Assembly: GCF_006345805.1 (NCBI RefSeq)
Contig: NW_021835416.1
Location: forward strand, 1 to 42,446
Length of the DNA: 42,446 bases
Reading direction: 5' to 3'
DNA from: Octopus sinensis
Lineage: Eukaryota
The position numbers and the translations under genes are program-made. Position 1 is the stretch's first letter. Every line of letters starts with the position of its first letter. This document shows, piece by piece, positions 23,535 through 38,036 of the stretch. The notes under the pieces were generated by a model that saw only the letters and a list, made by a program, of their open reading frames with translations, did not search any database and was not told the origin of the DNA.

Positions 23535-23645
23535 ATGAAAAGTTTTACAGATTTTTACCGTTCCAAGGATGGCTTGAATCTGTAGTCTTCGAATCAGCTT
23601 TCTCCTTTTTGGTTTTGAGAAGCCGAATTTCTCAAGATTGGTATT
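23535..23645 (-). mobile_element. Possible C-terminal relic of an RLE-type LINE
   Basis: NTNLEKFGFSKPKRRKLIRRLQIQAILGTVKICKTF resembles the terminal LQ..A..GT..I.K motif of RLE LINE ORFs. The match is short. Confidence 0.35.
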
Positions 23646-23890
23646 TACACAGTGTGTGCTTCAGTGTATGTATTGTACAAACATTGGTACATTGTATATA
23701 TGTATGTATCTATGTACGTACGTATGTACGTATGAATGTATGTACGTGTGTATGCATGTATGTATGCACGTATATATATATATACATGCATACACACGTA
23801 CATTATTTGTATATATGTATATATAATATATGTATATGTATATATATATTATATATATATATATATATAATAATATATATAATACAATAT

Positions 23891-23922
<32 letters not shown>

Positions 23923-24473
23923 GATAGATATAATATATATATATACATATATACATATACATACATATATATATATACATACATATATACATATGCATAT
24001 TTACATATACACATACACACACACACAACATACACACACACACACACAAGGTTATCAATATCTAGCGAACATTCGAGGCGATGGGGCGGGGGGGGGATGT
24101 CAGGAATAAGGGCTTACTGCTGGGTTGTGACGTATGACGCGAGCGGGAAGGGCTGGTTTAACACCACCACCGCCACCACCACCTTTAACACTACGCCGTT
24201 TTATCTATCCAGGCACCGCCAATCTCATCATCCTTGCCACCAACATGGCCAACAACCCCCGTCTTTCTCCACAACCCCTATAGTTTTACAGGATATAAAG
24301 TAGAGTTTTATGTCTGTTAAAATGTACTGTAAAACAAGATATGGCTGTTGGAGCGTCACTCGCTGTCCGACCAAGGGAGCCTCTAAGTGGTTAGTATATG
24401 TGCTAGAAAGAACAGCTAGCAAAAATATCTATCATACGACACTCTACTGTCTTCTAAGACAATTACAGAACAT

Positions 24474-24600
24474 TATTTACATTTGACGGATATTTGTCAT
24501 CATCTTGTTTGTTGTTAACACAACGGCTGATATACTCACCAGCCGAAACGTTGTGATAACAGCAAACAAGAAGAGGACAAATATCCGTCAAATGTAAATA
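24474..24600. repeat. 52-bp inverted repeat around a ggctg/cagcc hairpin
   Basis: 24474-24525 versus 24549-24600, 4 mismatches. Confidence 0.9.
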
Positions 24601-24969
24601 GTGTACATAATTCCTGATCTCTTAAGTATAGAACTGTACAATAACAGAAGTTTAGACTGGATAATGTAGGGCTAGATAGCCTGAGATGGATGTAAGGAGA
24701 ACTTTGTTTTCAGCCTGTGTTGTCTATCATAGTCTATTGTGAGTGTTTGCACTGTGAGACGTTGTCGAAGACGATAAATCGCTTGGTCGGATTGTAATCT
24801 CTTGTCATATTTATTCCGTCCGAATTGCATAGACACTCCCTCATCACTCCTGCCGTCGTTAATACAGAGACTCAATGATGTGTAATCGTTAGAAATATGT
24901 AAAGACCAACGAACGACGCTGTTGTACACAACCAAGTTTCATTTTTGATCTGGCGGATAGCTTTGACTT

Positions 24970-25160
24970 GGTTCAGTTATTGGATTGCGGCCCTGCTGGG
25001 GCACCGCCTTGAAGAGTATAATACTTATTCATCGAGCTCCTTTTTTTTCTTCTTTTGCTGAGCCGCTAATGCTACGGGGGATGTAAGCAAACATCACCGG
25101 TTGTCAAGCGATGGCGGGGTGAGATGGGGGTGGGATGGCAAACACAAGCACACAAACATA
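24970..25160 (-). mobile_element. SINE family B (diverged 3' half)
   Basis: ctgcggccctgctggggcaccgcc..ccgctaa..ccggttgtcaagcgatg. Confidence 0.65.
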
Positions 25161-25184
25161 CATGCATATATATCTTTATATGCA

Positions 25185-27540
<2,356 letters not shown>

Positions 27541-28059
27541 CAGCACCAACGACAATAATAGCAACCCAAATTCACCGAAATAACCCGGCTTCTTACGGGG
27601 AAAAGTAGTGAGATTAGAAGGAGGACGGCTGAATGGATTAATTTGTGATAAGAACAAATGTGTGTGTGTGTGTGAGAGAGAGCAGAGAGAGAATACATGT
27701 GTATGTGTGCATACACGCATACATGCACGCACTCATACACACACACACAAACCTTTTATGTATATGTGTATTTAGTCTTAGTGGTTGACGAAGGCGGGAA
27801 AGACAAAATTTCGAAGTTACTATCAACGTTTTACTTTGTAGAAGTTTAGTAAGCGTGTACTCTACTAAAAAAGACGTATTGAATTATTAGATATTAACAT
27901 ATATATAAATATATTTATGTATGTATATATATATAAATATATGTGTATGTTGATATATATAATTATATATATATATATATTATTATATATATATTATGTA
28001 TGTATACGTGTATATATATATATATATATTATACGTATATATACGCACACACTTGTCTT

Positions 28060-28365
28060 GAACGAGTTGACCCCAATACTTTTTTAAAGCCAGGTATTTA
28101 TTCTATCGATCTTGTTTGTCAAATCGCTAAGTTACGGGAACTGAAACACACCAAAAGCGATTGTGAAGCGGTGATGGGGAAGACAAACACAAACACAAAG
28201 ACACATACACACACAGATATACACAACAGGTTTTTTTTTCTGTTTCCGTCTACCAAATCCACTCACAAGGATTTGCCTTACAGTAGAAGACAGTTGCTCA
28301 AGGTTCCACGCAGTGGAACTGAACACAGAACCATGTGTTTGGCAAGCAAACTTCTTACCACACCA
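28060..28365 (-). mobile_element. SINE family B (diverged)
   Basis: Reverse complement of head, core and part of the tail. Confidence 0.7.
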
Positions 28366-28372
28366 TATATAT

Positions 28373-28448
<76 letters not shown>

Positions 28449-28512
28449 GGAGTAAACACATAATGTGAAACAGGTAGAGTAATATGCTTTATTTTAAGCA
28501 GCAGAAATTCAA

Positions 28513-28562
28513 CAAAAATCTGTTACTCTGAGTTTCTCGTTGCCGTTCATCAGACAGTTTTT
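28513..28562 (-). ncRNA. Minimal type I hammerhead ribozyme motif (inverted copy)
   Basis: The reverse complement of 28519-28562 is identical to 28568-28611 over 44 nt. Confidence 0.65.
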
Positions 28563-28566
28563 CTAG

Positions 28567-28616
28567 CAAAAACTGTCTGATGAACGGCAACGAGAAACTC
28601 AGAGTAACAGATTTTG
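28567..28616 (+). ncRNA. Minimal type I hammerhead ribozyme motif
   Basis: Stem I caaaaactgt/acagattttg (9 of 10 pairs); core CUGAUGA 28577-28583; stem II a-cg-gcaa-cg-a; GAAAC 28594-28598; short helix III; GUA cleavage triplet 28604-28606. Activity is untested, and the outer stem II pair is A.A. Confidence 0.65.
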
Positions 28617-28640
28617 TTGATTTTTTGCTCTTAAAATAAA

Positions 28641-28675
<35 letters not shown>

Positions 28676-28736
28676 CCATAAAAAAAATCAGATCAAATAA
28701 GAAGGGTAGAAATTGATATTAATCATTAAAACCAGT

Positions 28737-29060
28737 AGGCGCAGGAGTGGCTGTGTGGTAAGTAGCTTGCTAACCAACCACATGTTCCGGGTTCAGTCCC
28801 CACTGCGTGGCATCTTGGGCAAGGTGTCTTCTGCTATAGCCCTGGGCCGACCAATGCCTTGTGAGTGGATTTGGTAGACGGAAACTGAAAGAAGCCTGTC
28901 GTATATATGTATATATATGTATATGTATGGTGGTTTGTGGTGTTTGTGTTTGTCCCCCTAGCATTGCTTGACAACCGATGCTGGTGTGTTTACGTCCCCG
29001 TCACTTAGCGGTTCGGCAAAACAGAACGATAGAAAAAGTAAAAGAGTAAAAGAGTAAAAG
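28737..29060 (+). mobile_element. SINE family B
   Basis: aggcgcaggagtggctgtgtggtaagtagcttgc head through cttagcggttcggcaaaa. Confidence 0.85.
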
Positions 29061-29194
29061 AGAGTGGCTTATGTTCTCTAACAGGTTATTTGGCTGCTGT
29101 AATGTATTAATTGCAGAGTAATTTCCGATCTCAGCTCGCCAAAGTGAAGGCATTTGAAAGATACACTTGAATATAAATTGTAGAACTTTATACA

Positions 29195-29255
29195 AACTGG
29201 AGTTCGGTTGAGCGCTCTGTATCTAGTTGACTATACTGATGATCTTGCAGATGTT
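29195..29255 (+). mobile_element. Possible RTE-type reverse transcriptase relic
   Basis: TGVRLS followed after a shift by DYTDDLA resembles the RT 'DLDYADDLA' motif. Very short. Confidence 0.3.
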
Positions 29256-29797
29256 TGCGTGTTAATATACGTAAATATATGTGAAACCAATTGTACATAG
29301 GTGATCGTTTTTTATTTGGTATATTCTAATTTGTCTTGCTTATTTTTACATTTTGGTTTTTTGTTGTGCTTTTTCTTGAGAACACATTCTTCGCGGTAAT
29401 GAAGATTTGACGTCTATGTTTAGCATAGTGGTCAGTCCTCTAAATTTTGTATGAAACACAATTCTTAATCTTCGGTATTTTTTAAATATGCTAAGCCACA
29501 GTTTTTAATTGATTAACATCCAATTTGTACCCTTATATTTAATTATATATATGTATATATATATATACATATATATAAATGCACGTATATATACATAGAT
29601 GGGTAGATAGGTAGATAGATAGACAGATAGATCGATAGATACATACATACACATACATACATACGCACATACACACATGCATACATACATACATACATAC
29701 ATACATACATACATACATACATACATACATACACACATACATACATACATACACATATGCATACATGCATACACACTTGATAGGGTGATAAGAGCAC

Positions 29798-30118
29798 TCC
29801 GTCGGTTACGACGACGAGGGTCTTAGCTGATACAATCAACGGAACAGCCAGCTCGTGAAATTAGCGTGCATGTGGCTGAGCACTCCACAGACAGCTGTAC
29901 CCTTAACGCAGTTCTCAGGGAGATTCAGTATGACACAGTGTGTGACAAGGCTGGCCCTTTGAAATACAGGTACTACTCATGTTTGCCAGCTGAGTGGACT
30001 GGATCAACGGGAGATAAATAAAGTGTCTTGCTCAAGGACACAACGCGTCGCCGGGAATTGAACTCGCGACCTTACAATCGTGAGCCGAATGCCCTAACCA
30101 CTAAGCCACGCGACTTCA
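29798..30118 (-). mobile_element. SINE family C
   Basis: Reverse complement matches 2327-2650 along its length. Confidence 0.8.
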
Positions 30119-30312
30119 CATACACACATACATATAGTTACATTCACATGTGCTTGCATGTGCGTCTGTGGGTTTGTGTGAGTGGCACGTCTTCAGGAAT
30201 ACAAGAGGTGTGTATGTGAAATGATAGTTGGCTGGCAGCTGTGTTGTGAGAGTATGGTTATGTGTGATTAGGTGTAAGGATTCACACACACACACACACA
30301 CACACACGCACG

Positions 30313-30343
<31 letters not shown>

Positions 30344-30851
30344 ACACACACGCACATACACACACACACACACGTGAATATAATGGCTTTGGTAAAGGGA
30401 TATGGGCGGAATAGAATAAGGACAACACAAGGACACATACACACACAGTATATATATATATGTGTGTGTGCGTGCGTGTGTGTGTATATAGAGAAAGAGA
30501 GAGAGATACATACATACATACATACACACCACATATACATACATTTATATGTACATACACGCATCCACCCGCTCAACCATTCATCCATCTATCCACACAT
30601 ACATATGTACATACATACATAATACACATACATATATACATTCATACACACGTACATACATAATACACATACATACATACATACATACATACATACAAAC
30701 GTACACACACGCATACATATGTATATACATATGCATACACATACATACATACATACATACATACATACATACATACATACATACATACATACATACATAC
30801 ATACATACATACATACATACATACATACATACATACATACATACATACATA

Positions 30852-30943
30852 CTCTGTTGATGTTGAAATTCCAATGAAGGAGCCTTGAACCTAGGTTAGA
30901 ATCCGGTTCTTTCTCTATTGGCAAGAAATCTTGAAATAATACT
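30852..30943 (+). repeat. (ATAC)n-associated repeat family G; other copies at 23331-23420 (-) and 31296-31380 (+)
   Basis: The three copies share ctag..taga..cc.g.tctttctctattggcaaga.atcttgaa. Each abuts (ATAC)n. Confidence 0.7.
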
Positions 30944-31176
30944 TGTTTCTTTATTACCCACAAGGGGCTAAACACAGAGGGGACAAACAAGGACATACAA
31001 ACGGATCAAGTCGATTACATCGACTCCAGTGCGTAACTGGTACTTAATTTATCGACCCCGAAAGGATGAAAGGCAAAGTCGACCTCGGCGGAATTTGAAC
31101 TCAAGAACGTAACGGCAGACGAAATACGGTTACACATTTCGCCCGGCGTGCTAACGTTTCTGCCAGCTTGCCGCCT
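30944..31176 (-). mobile_element. Full-length family A SINE with a 16-bp target-site duplication
   Basis: Flanked by atcttgaaataatact (30928-30943) and atcttgaattaatact (31177-31192). Confidence 0.9.
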
Positions 31177-33749
31177 ATCTTGAATTAATACTGAACAATG
31201 ACACACACATACACACATATACACACACATGCATGCATGCATGCATACATACATACATACATACATACATACATACATACATACATACATACAAATTCCA
31301 GGGAATGAACTTGGAACTAGGATAGAAACCGGGTCTTTCTCTATTGGCAAGATATCTTGAAATAAAACTGAGTAATAACATACATACATATCCCATCAAG
31401 TCTTGCTTCGGCGAGCCAGCAGATTTAAACAAACTTTTACTATTTGAAGACTTGGTGAAGTCAGATACAATATGGAGGACAAGTTTGATATGGTGGACGG
31501 AGGGAAAAAAAAGACACTTTATTTATGAGAAAATGCGACTAAATGCGAAAATAAACTCGAGTTAAAATAATGTCCGATAAAATTAGGTCTTTACGCTCAT
31601 GTACATCAGCGGACATTAATCGATAGAATGTGTATAGCTATGTATGTATGTATTGTGCAAGCTTGTAAGTATGTATGTATGTATGTGTGTAAGCATGTAT
31701 GTTTGTATGAATGTATTGTGTAAGCATCTATGTATGCATTTATTTACGTATGTATGTATATATGTGTGTGTGTGTGCTGTGTGCGTATGTATGAATGTAC
31801 GTATGTGAGTGAATGGCTGTTTGTCTGTCTGTATGTATGTGTGTAAGCATATATGCATGTATGTATGCATGTATGTATGTGTGTATAATCATGTATGTAT
31901 GTATGCATATATGCATGTATGCATATATGCATGTATGTATGCATGTATGTATGTATGTGTATATAAGCATGCACATATGTATACGTGTGTATAGGCATGT
32001 ACATATGTGTATGTGTGTGTAGGTATGTATGTACATGTATGTTTGTGTGTATGTATGTATGTATGTATGTATGTATGTAGGGATGGATGGATGGATGGAT
32101 GGATGGATGGATGGATGTCCTGAGTATGATGTTGCATCCGGTGGTCGAGGATCCAGTTGAGGAGTGCTGGCGTTGTGGGGAGCGTGGAGTCACCCCTCAA
32201 TTACCATTATCCTCAGTCTGTTCTGACTCGGAACGGTAGTACCTGCTAGGGTCCAACTTATGGGTTAAGCAGATTTCCCAGAGATAGCGGAGTCTCCTGT
32301 TAATTTTCTTTGACAAAATCCGCAGGGAAGGTAGCTCTTCAAGGAGAAAGATACTCTGACGTCAAACTTGCAGTCAAAGTAGTTACCAGTCGTCTATAAA
32401 AGAAGACACTTGCCCAAGGTACCATGTAGTGGGAATGAACCCGGAACCATATGGTTGTTTTGCATTTCCACCTATATCATTCATTCATATGTCATACACA
32501 TTCGCATTTGATACTATAATTTCAAAAGAAAAACTAAAATGTTTATTATTGTAATTGAATAGAAAAGGATAAATATGCTTTTTTTTTCCAGCGATCCCCG
32601 TTTGGGACTTTTCGAAAAATTTATAATTTCCAAAATAATTCACATACGAAGACAATTTAAATGCTATATATTATCTTAACTCCTAAAACACCCAGCAAAG
32701 CCAAAAAAAAAAAATGAATAAAAATATTTGACAGTTAATGGGTTAAAAGAATTAAGATATAAACAATTGGTATCTCTCCTTCGTGATTTAACAGAATATT
32801 TATTATATACCACAACGATATCAAGAAGAAAAAAACGATATATCGCAATTAATATAAGGCTATCTTGTAGATGTTGTTTACGTTATCTCAATCCCGTTCG
32901 ACTCTTTTTATACGGGTTATCACCGAAAGTTAACCTTTCATGCTAAGGTCTTCTCTGTTTGCCTCACCCCTTCACCCAATTGTCCCATCACTTAGAGGAA
33001 GCATGAAGGTGGTTTTTAACAGACGTGAGGTAGTCGAGAGGAAGCAGAGCGAGAGAACAGTGATAACTGTGAAGAGAGAGAGAGAAAGAAGCCATCTTAT
33101 TTATTAACTATTTATCCGAATCTTTAGATTAATCTTCTGTCGCATTGCTTTCTTGGCTTTCTAATAAAGCAAACAATGTTTCCTCAAGAATCGGTTCTGC
33201 CTGTCTCATCTATTTGATCGACCGGAAAAAGAGTAAAAAAAAATACACAGAAAAAGAAAACGTGGGGGCGAAAAATAGAACGTTATATATATTTATTTAT
33301 TTTCCATCATTATAAACAAAATGGCGTCGACTTTCTGCTGTCCCCTTGTGTCTTCGAAAGTTCAGAGAATCAAAGGATAAATGTACTTCTTAGAGAAGTC
33401 TCATCAAAAACAGAATAAATAAATATATAAAATAAAATAAAACCGCCCCCGAACCTGTAAGATAGGTTTAAATGTAAACCAGCTTCAATTAGATTCAGTG
33501 CTTATTGTTGACAAAGCAATCAAAAGATCTCAACCAAGAACACTATTCGTCTGTCCAGCCATGCTTTTTTTTGGAGGGGTTCTTTTTTTTTTTCTGTTAG
33601 TTGTTTTATATATTTTCTTTCCCTGATTATCTCCGACTCGAAGCAGTTTTATTTAAATAAATATATCACACACTTTCACCCACACTCACAAACGTACACT
33701 CACAAACGTTCACTCACAAACGTTCACTCACGTGTAATAACAGATTCGA

Positions 33750-33975
33750 ATTCTGGCACAAAGCCAGCAATTTCGGAGGAGGTGGGATAGGGTTGAGGTA
33801 AGCCGCTTACATCGACCCTAGTGTTCATCGGGTGCTTATTTTATCGACATCGACTCCCAAAAGGATGAACGGCTAAGTCAATCTCGGCGGAAGATGAAAT
33901 CAGAACTTAAAGCCGAACGAAATCTCGCTAAGCTTCTCGTCCGGCATGTTAACAATTCTGCTAGCTCGCCCGCCT
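33750..33975 (-). mobile_element. SINE family A (diverged)
   Basis: Head, core and ggcacaaagccagcaatttcgg tail variant. Confidence 0.7.
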
Positions 33976-34228
33976 CACACACACACACACACACACACAC
34001 ACTCTTATGTTACTTTCAGTGTAACCCTTGTGAGTTTGTGAGTGTATTGTGTGTGCGTGTGTGTGTGTGCGTGTGTGTGTGTGTGGTGTTGTGGTGTGTG
34101 TGTGTGTGGTGTGTGTGTGTGTTTATGTATGTATGTATATGGTTGAAATTTACAGAAAAACAAAAGACGAGGACAGGTGTATGACAACAAGCAGGCGTAT
34201 TCTTTTGACGCTCGGGAAAAATTGAAAA

Positions 34229-34267
34229 GTCTTTTACATTTCGAGCCTATGCTCTTCGACAGAAAGG
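34229..34267 (-). ncRNA. Hammerhead-like motif (third copy of the CUGUNGA family)
   Basis: Minus strand ccttt-CTGTCGA-a-gagc/atag/gctc-GAAAT-GTA-aaaga, within a homologous repeat at about 34145-34320. Confidence 0.35.
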
Positions 34268-34422
34268 AATAAAACGAAATAAAAAGAAAGACAATGAAAA
34301 AAAAACCGAGAGAGAAAAGCAAAATTTATTTTAGGGATTAACAGTTCAACATGACGAAATAGCCGGAAGAAGGCTGAGAATATATATATGTGTGTGTGTG
34401 AATGTATACACATACATACATA

Positions 34423-34503
<81 letters not shown>

Positions 34504-34504
34504 A

Positions 34505-34590
34505 TATATTGGCAGGGCCAGACTGCTAGGTAGTCGGCAAATGCTTTTCTAGCATTGGCCGACTACCTAGCAGTCTGGCCTGCCAATATA
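34505..34590. repeat. Near-perfect 86-nt hairpin
   Basis: Stem of about 40 bp with one mismatch and one bulge; loop tttct. Confidence 0.9.
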
Positions 34591-34700
34591 CACATATATT
34601 AGAATTTCTCTGACTTCTCAGATTTTTTGTATGCTGGACTACTGGTTTTAAATTGATATTAAAATTAATATTAATTATCTCCCTCATTATTTAAATTTAT

Positions 34701-34735
<35 letters not shown>

Positions 34736-35272
34736 AAATATATATATATATATATATGTATGTATATATATACCCTAAACTATGATTTAAGGGAGATGTG
34801 GCTCCTATTTCTATCATGCAGAACGACTATATAACTCTCTCTTTCATTGACACACGGAGATTGAATTATGATTTAAGTAGATTGGGCTGCTCTTTCTTGC
34901 CTCCCTTGCAACCACATAGCAGTTTTTCTCTCATTGGTTCTCATTGGTTCAGAAAGTTTTGATTTTTTTTTCTTTTTATCACACCAACCAAAACCTTGTC
35001 TGATCAGGACATTGGTGTAAGTTTCGGGTTTTGGGCGGAGACAGAGAAAACAGAATTTGTTTACCCAAAGCATATAGGAAAGGAACGGAATCAAAATCAC
35101 AGTAGACATCCGCCTCTACCTCGCCGTCATCCTATTCTAGCCTGTTATTCTCATAACACCGTACATCAGACCCTCGTCAATTCACTGAAGGTCACCGAAT
35201 GTCATGGGCTTACACCCTTCATCCAGACTAAACAAACTATTAAGGAAAAGTCCTCCGTTACACTGTACTCAC

Positions 35273-35560
35273 CCGTTCTTTCACTAGACTTCACTCTTCG
35301 CGTTCCTTTAGAGCCGTCGCCACCTCGCTCGACGCCATCTTACTTGAACTCCATTGAACTCCTCTCTATCCACCCCCATCCCTGCTTTCTTACATCAGTT
35401 AACCCTATTAATGATTGAAGAAACACGAGAAAGATGAAATGTAAGTAAACACGTGAAAGACATCCTGATAGCCACCCGACAGCAAAGCTACCCACCGCCA
35501 CACGACAGCTGCCTTCCTTCAAATCGCAGCCATCTTGTAAAATGGAGGACCTGTTCGGTA
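35273..35560. promoter_or_regulatory. Candidate bidirectional promoter / first-exon region with YY1-type motifs
   Basis: CpG-richer non-repeat sequence. CGCCATCTT at 35333-35341 and GCCATCTT at 35529-35536. Minus donor G|gtgagt at 35273. Plus-strand gtaagt (35441)..cag (35529) and ATGGAGGACCTGTTCG|gtaatg. Confidence 0.3.
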
Positions 35561-35594
35561 ATGTAGTCCTAACCTGAAATAAAGATAGGGTGTT

Positions 35595-35800
35595 TGCGGA
35601 TCAGAGGTCTTTCTGACCAGGTGTAACCCAGGGCTAAATAATATTGGTTTCCGACTTTGGCACAAAGCCAGCAATTTCGGGGTTGGAATTAAGTCAGTTA
35701 TATCGACCCCAATGCGTAACTGGTACTTATTTCATCGACCTCGAAAGGATGAAAGGCAAAGCCAACCTCAACGGAATTTGATTCGCTAAGCATTTTGACC
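35595..35800 (-). mobile_element. SINE family A (partial)
   Basis: Core plus ggcacaaagccagcaatttcgg tail. Confidence 0.7.
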
Positions 35801-35894
35801 AATGGCGGGAGGAGGGGCTAATGATTTTGCTAGTTCACCGCCTAGGGTTTAATAACAATGCAACAACAACAACAAAAACTACTGCTACTACTAC

Positions 35895-35951
<57 letters not shown>

Positions 35952-36838
35952 TTACTACTACTATGAAAGCCACATATGGTACATAGGCCCATTAACCATC
36001 TTTCATATTGGATCTCATTACTGGTTATGAACATCTGGCGTCTGGGATATGAAACATCGTGACAGAATCACTGCTGGCTATAATTTCTACAGAAAATATG
36101 TAGAGATGACCGTAACATGCAATTTAATATAGCACTGCTAACAGAGAAGGACACGGTATTGACTTTATAAAATCGTTTAATATACTTTGTAGCATATAAT
36201 AGTTGCATAACGAAATACCACGTACCTACAGGTCATTAATACATATATGTATATGTATATATAAATATATATTACTTAATTCTTTTATATATTATAACGA
36301 TGCATATATATGTGTATGTATATGCAACATTCATGCCAGCTGTAAAGTATGTTGTCTAAGAGAAAAACAGATTTTAGAAATAGAACCCTTCGAGCCCAAG
36401 ATCGTTTTTCTGTAAATTTTGCCGCCGATCAACAACATCTGCGATCTCTACTTATCTCTGCCATTTCCCAAACCTAATTCAATTTCCTCTCAGCTTCACC
36501 TCAGAAGGACGTTCAATAGGAAATGGGAAATGTGAGATAAATTCCCCCACTTGCTGCCGACTACTGGCGCGTTCTTTTGTGGTTAGTGTATTCGGCTGAG
36601 GATCGTAAGGCACTTGATTTCGATTCCTAGGGGCACGTCTATTTTACGTTGCTTGAGCCCAGTCAGCTAGCAAAAAAGATGAGTTGTACTTGTGATTCAA
36701 AGAATCATCCTTGTCAAATTATGTCACACTAAACTCGAAAGGTTGGAGCTCCAGTCAAGCTTTTTGTGATAACCTTAAAGCCAGGTTCATTTCAGTAATG
36801 CTTTGTCTCTCTCTTTCTATATATATATATATGAATAC

Positions 36839-36873
<35 letters not shown>

Positions 36874-37042
36874 CAGGTGTGAATGCACCAGTATTGCTAG
36901 AAATAAGAGTCAAAACAACTCATAGCCACAGGAAGCATTTGTCAGTCATGAGATAAGTGCCTTTTGTGGCTATAAGTTGTTTTGGCCCTTATTTCTAGCA
37001 AAACTAGTGCTGATTCCTGCCTTTAGTCACTCTAGTGAACTC

Positions 37043-37073
<31 letters not shown>

Positions 37074-37332
37074 TGTATGTATGTATGTATGTATGTATAT
37101 ATATATATATATAAGGATATATACATACACTTATATATATATATACATATATACATTATACACACACATATATATATATATATATACTATAATATATATA
37201 TATATACACATGCATATATGTATATTATAAATATAACATACACACACACACACATAAATATATTAATTTATATATCTACCTATCTATCTATCTATCTATC
37301 TATATCTACTATCTATTCTATCTACCTATCTA

Positions 37333-37371
<39 letters not shown>

Positions 37372-37464
37372 TATACATACGCATATATATACACATACAT
37401 ATAAATATACTTGCAAACACACTCACACAAGTATATAGATATATACACACCCACACACATATAC

Positions 37465-37497
<33 letters not shown>

Positions 37498-38036
37498 CAT
37501 ATATATACATATGTATATTTATATATGTATATTTATACATATACATATATATATAAATACATATATTTATATATGTATATTTATACATATATAAATGTGT
37601 GTATAAATATATATGTATATACATACACATATGGACACAACACGATGCAGAAAAATACTGTATGTGTGTATGGTGCCACTTGGTAAAGAATAAACTTTAC
37701 CAAAGTTTAAGAGGTTAAGAGGTCACTGATAACAGTTCAACTGTATGTCACTAACATCGTTTAAAACACATATTTCGGGGACAATGGTGTTATTATAATT
37801 CTGGTAGGACGAAAATAGTAATTCCTTTTTCTTTTTTAATAAGAAATCTTTTATTTATATTATGTATTTTTAAATTCAATTTGTCCCTATATATTGTATA
37901 ATCTTTTTGCCTTTTCTCTTATTCATATTTCGTTTTTATATCACCATATGTACATCCCTACAGGATAATATATTGTTCTAAGTATGAACCCTTGTGGCAA
38001 ATAACCGAAAGTGTTGCTATTATCATTATTATTATT

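Larger units (their letters stand above)
30260..32115. repeat. (CA)n, (ATAC)n/(GTAT)n and (GGAT)n blocks
   Basis: Direct inspection. Confidence 0.9.

Noticed and set aside
32718-32745. piggyBac-like end (gggttaa)
   Set aside because: No matching opposite TIR was found.
34996-35418. 140-aa plus-strand ORF
   Set aside because: Starts at TTG, has no recognisable domain and no convincing splice acceptor.
35542-35557. Naming the MEDLF(G) start as LEO1
   Set aside because: Five codons are not diagnostic, and no downstream exon supports it.
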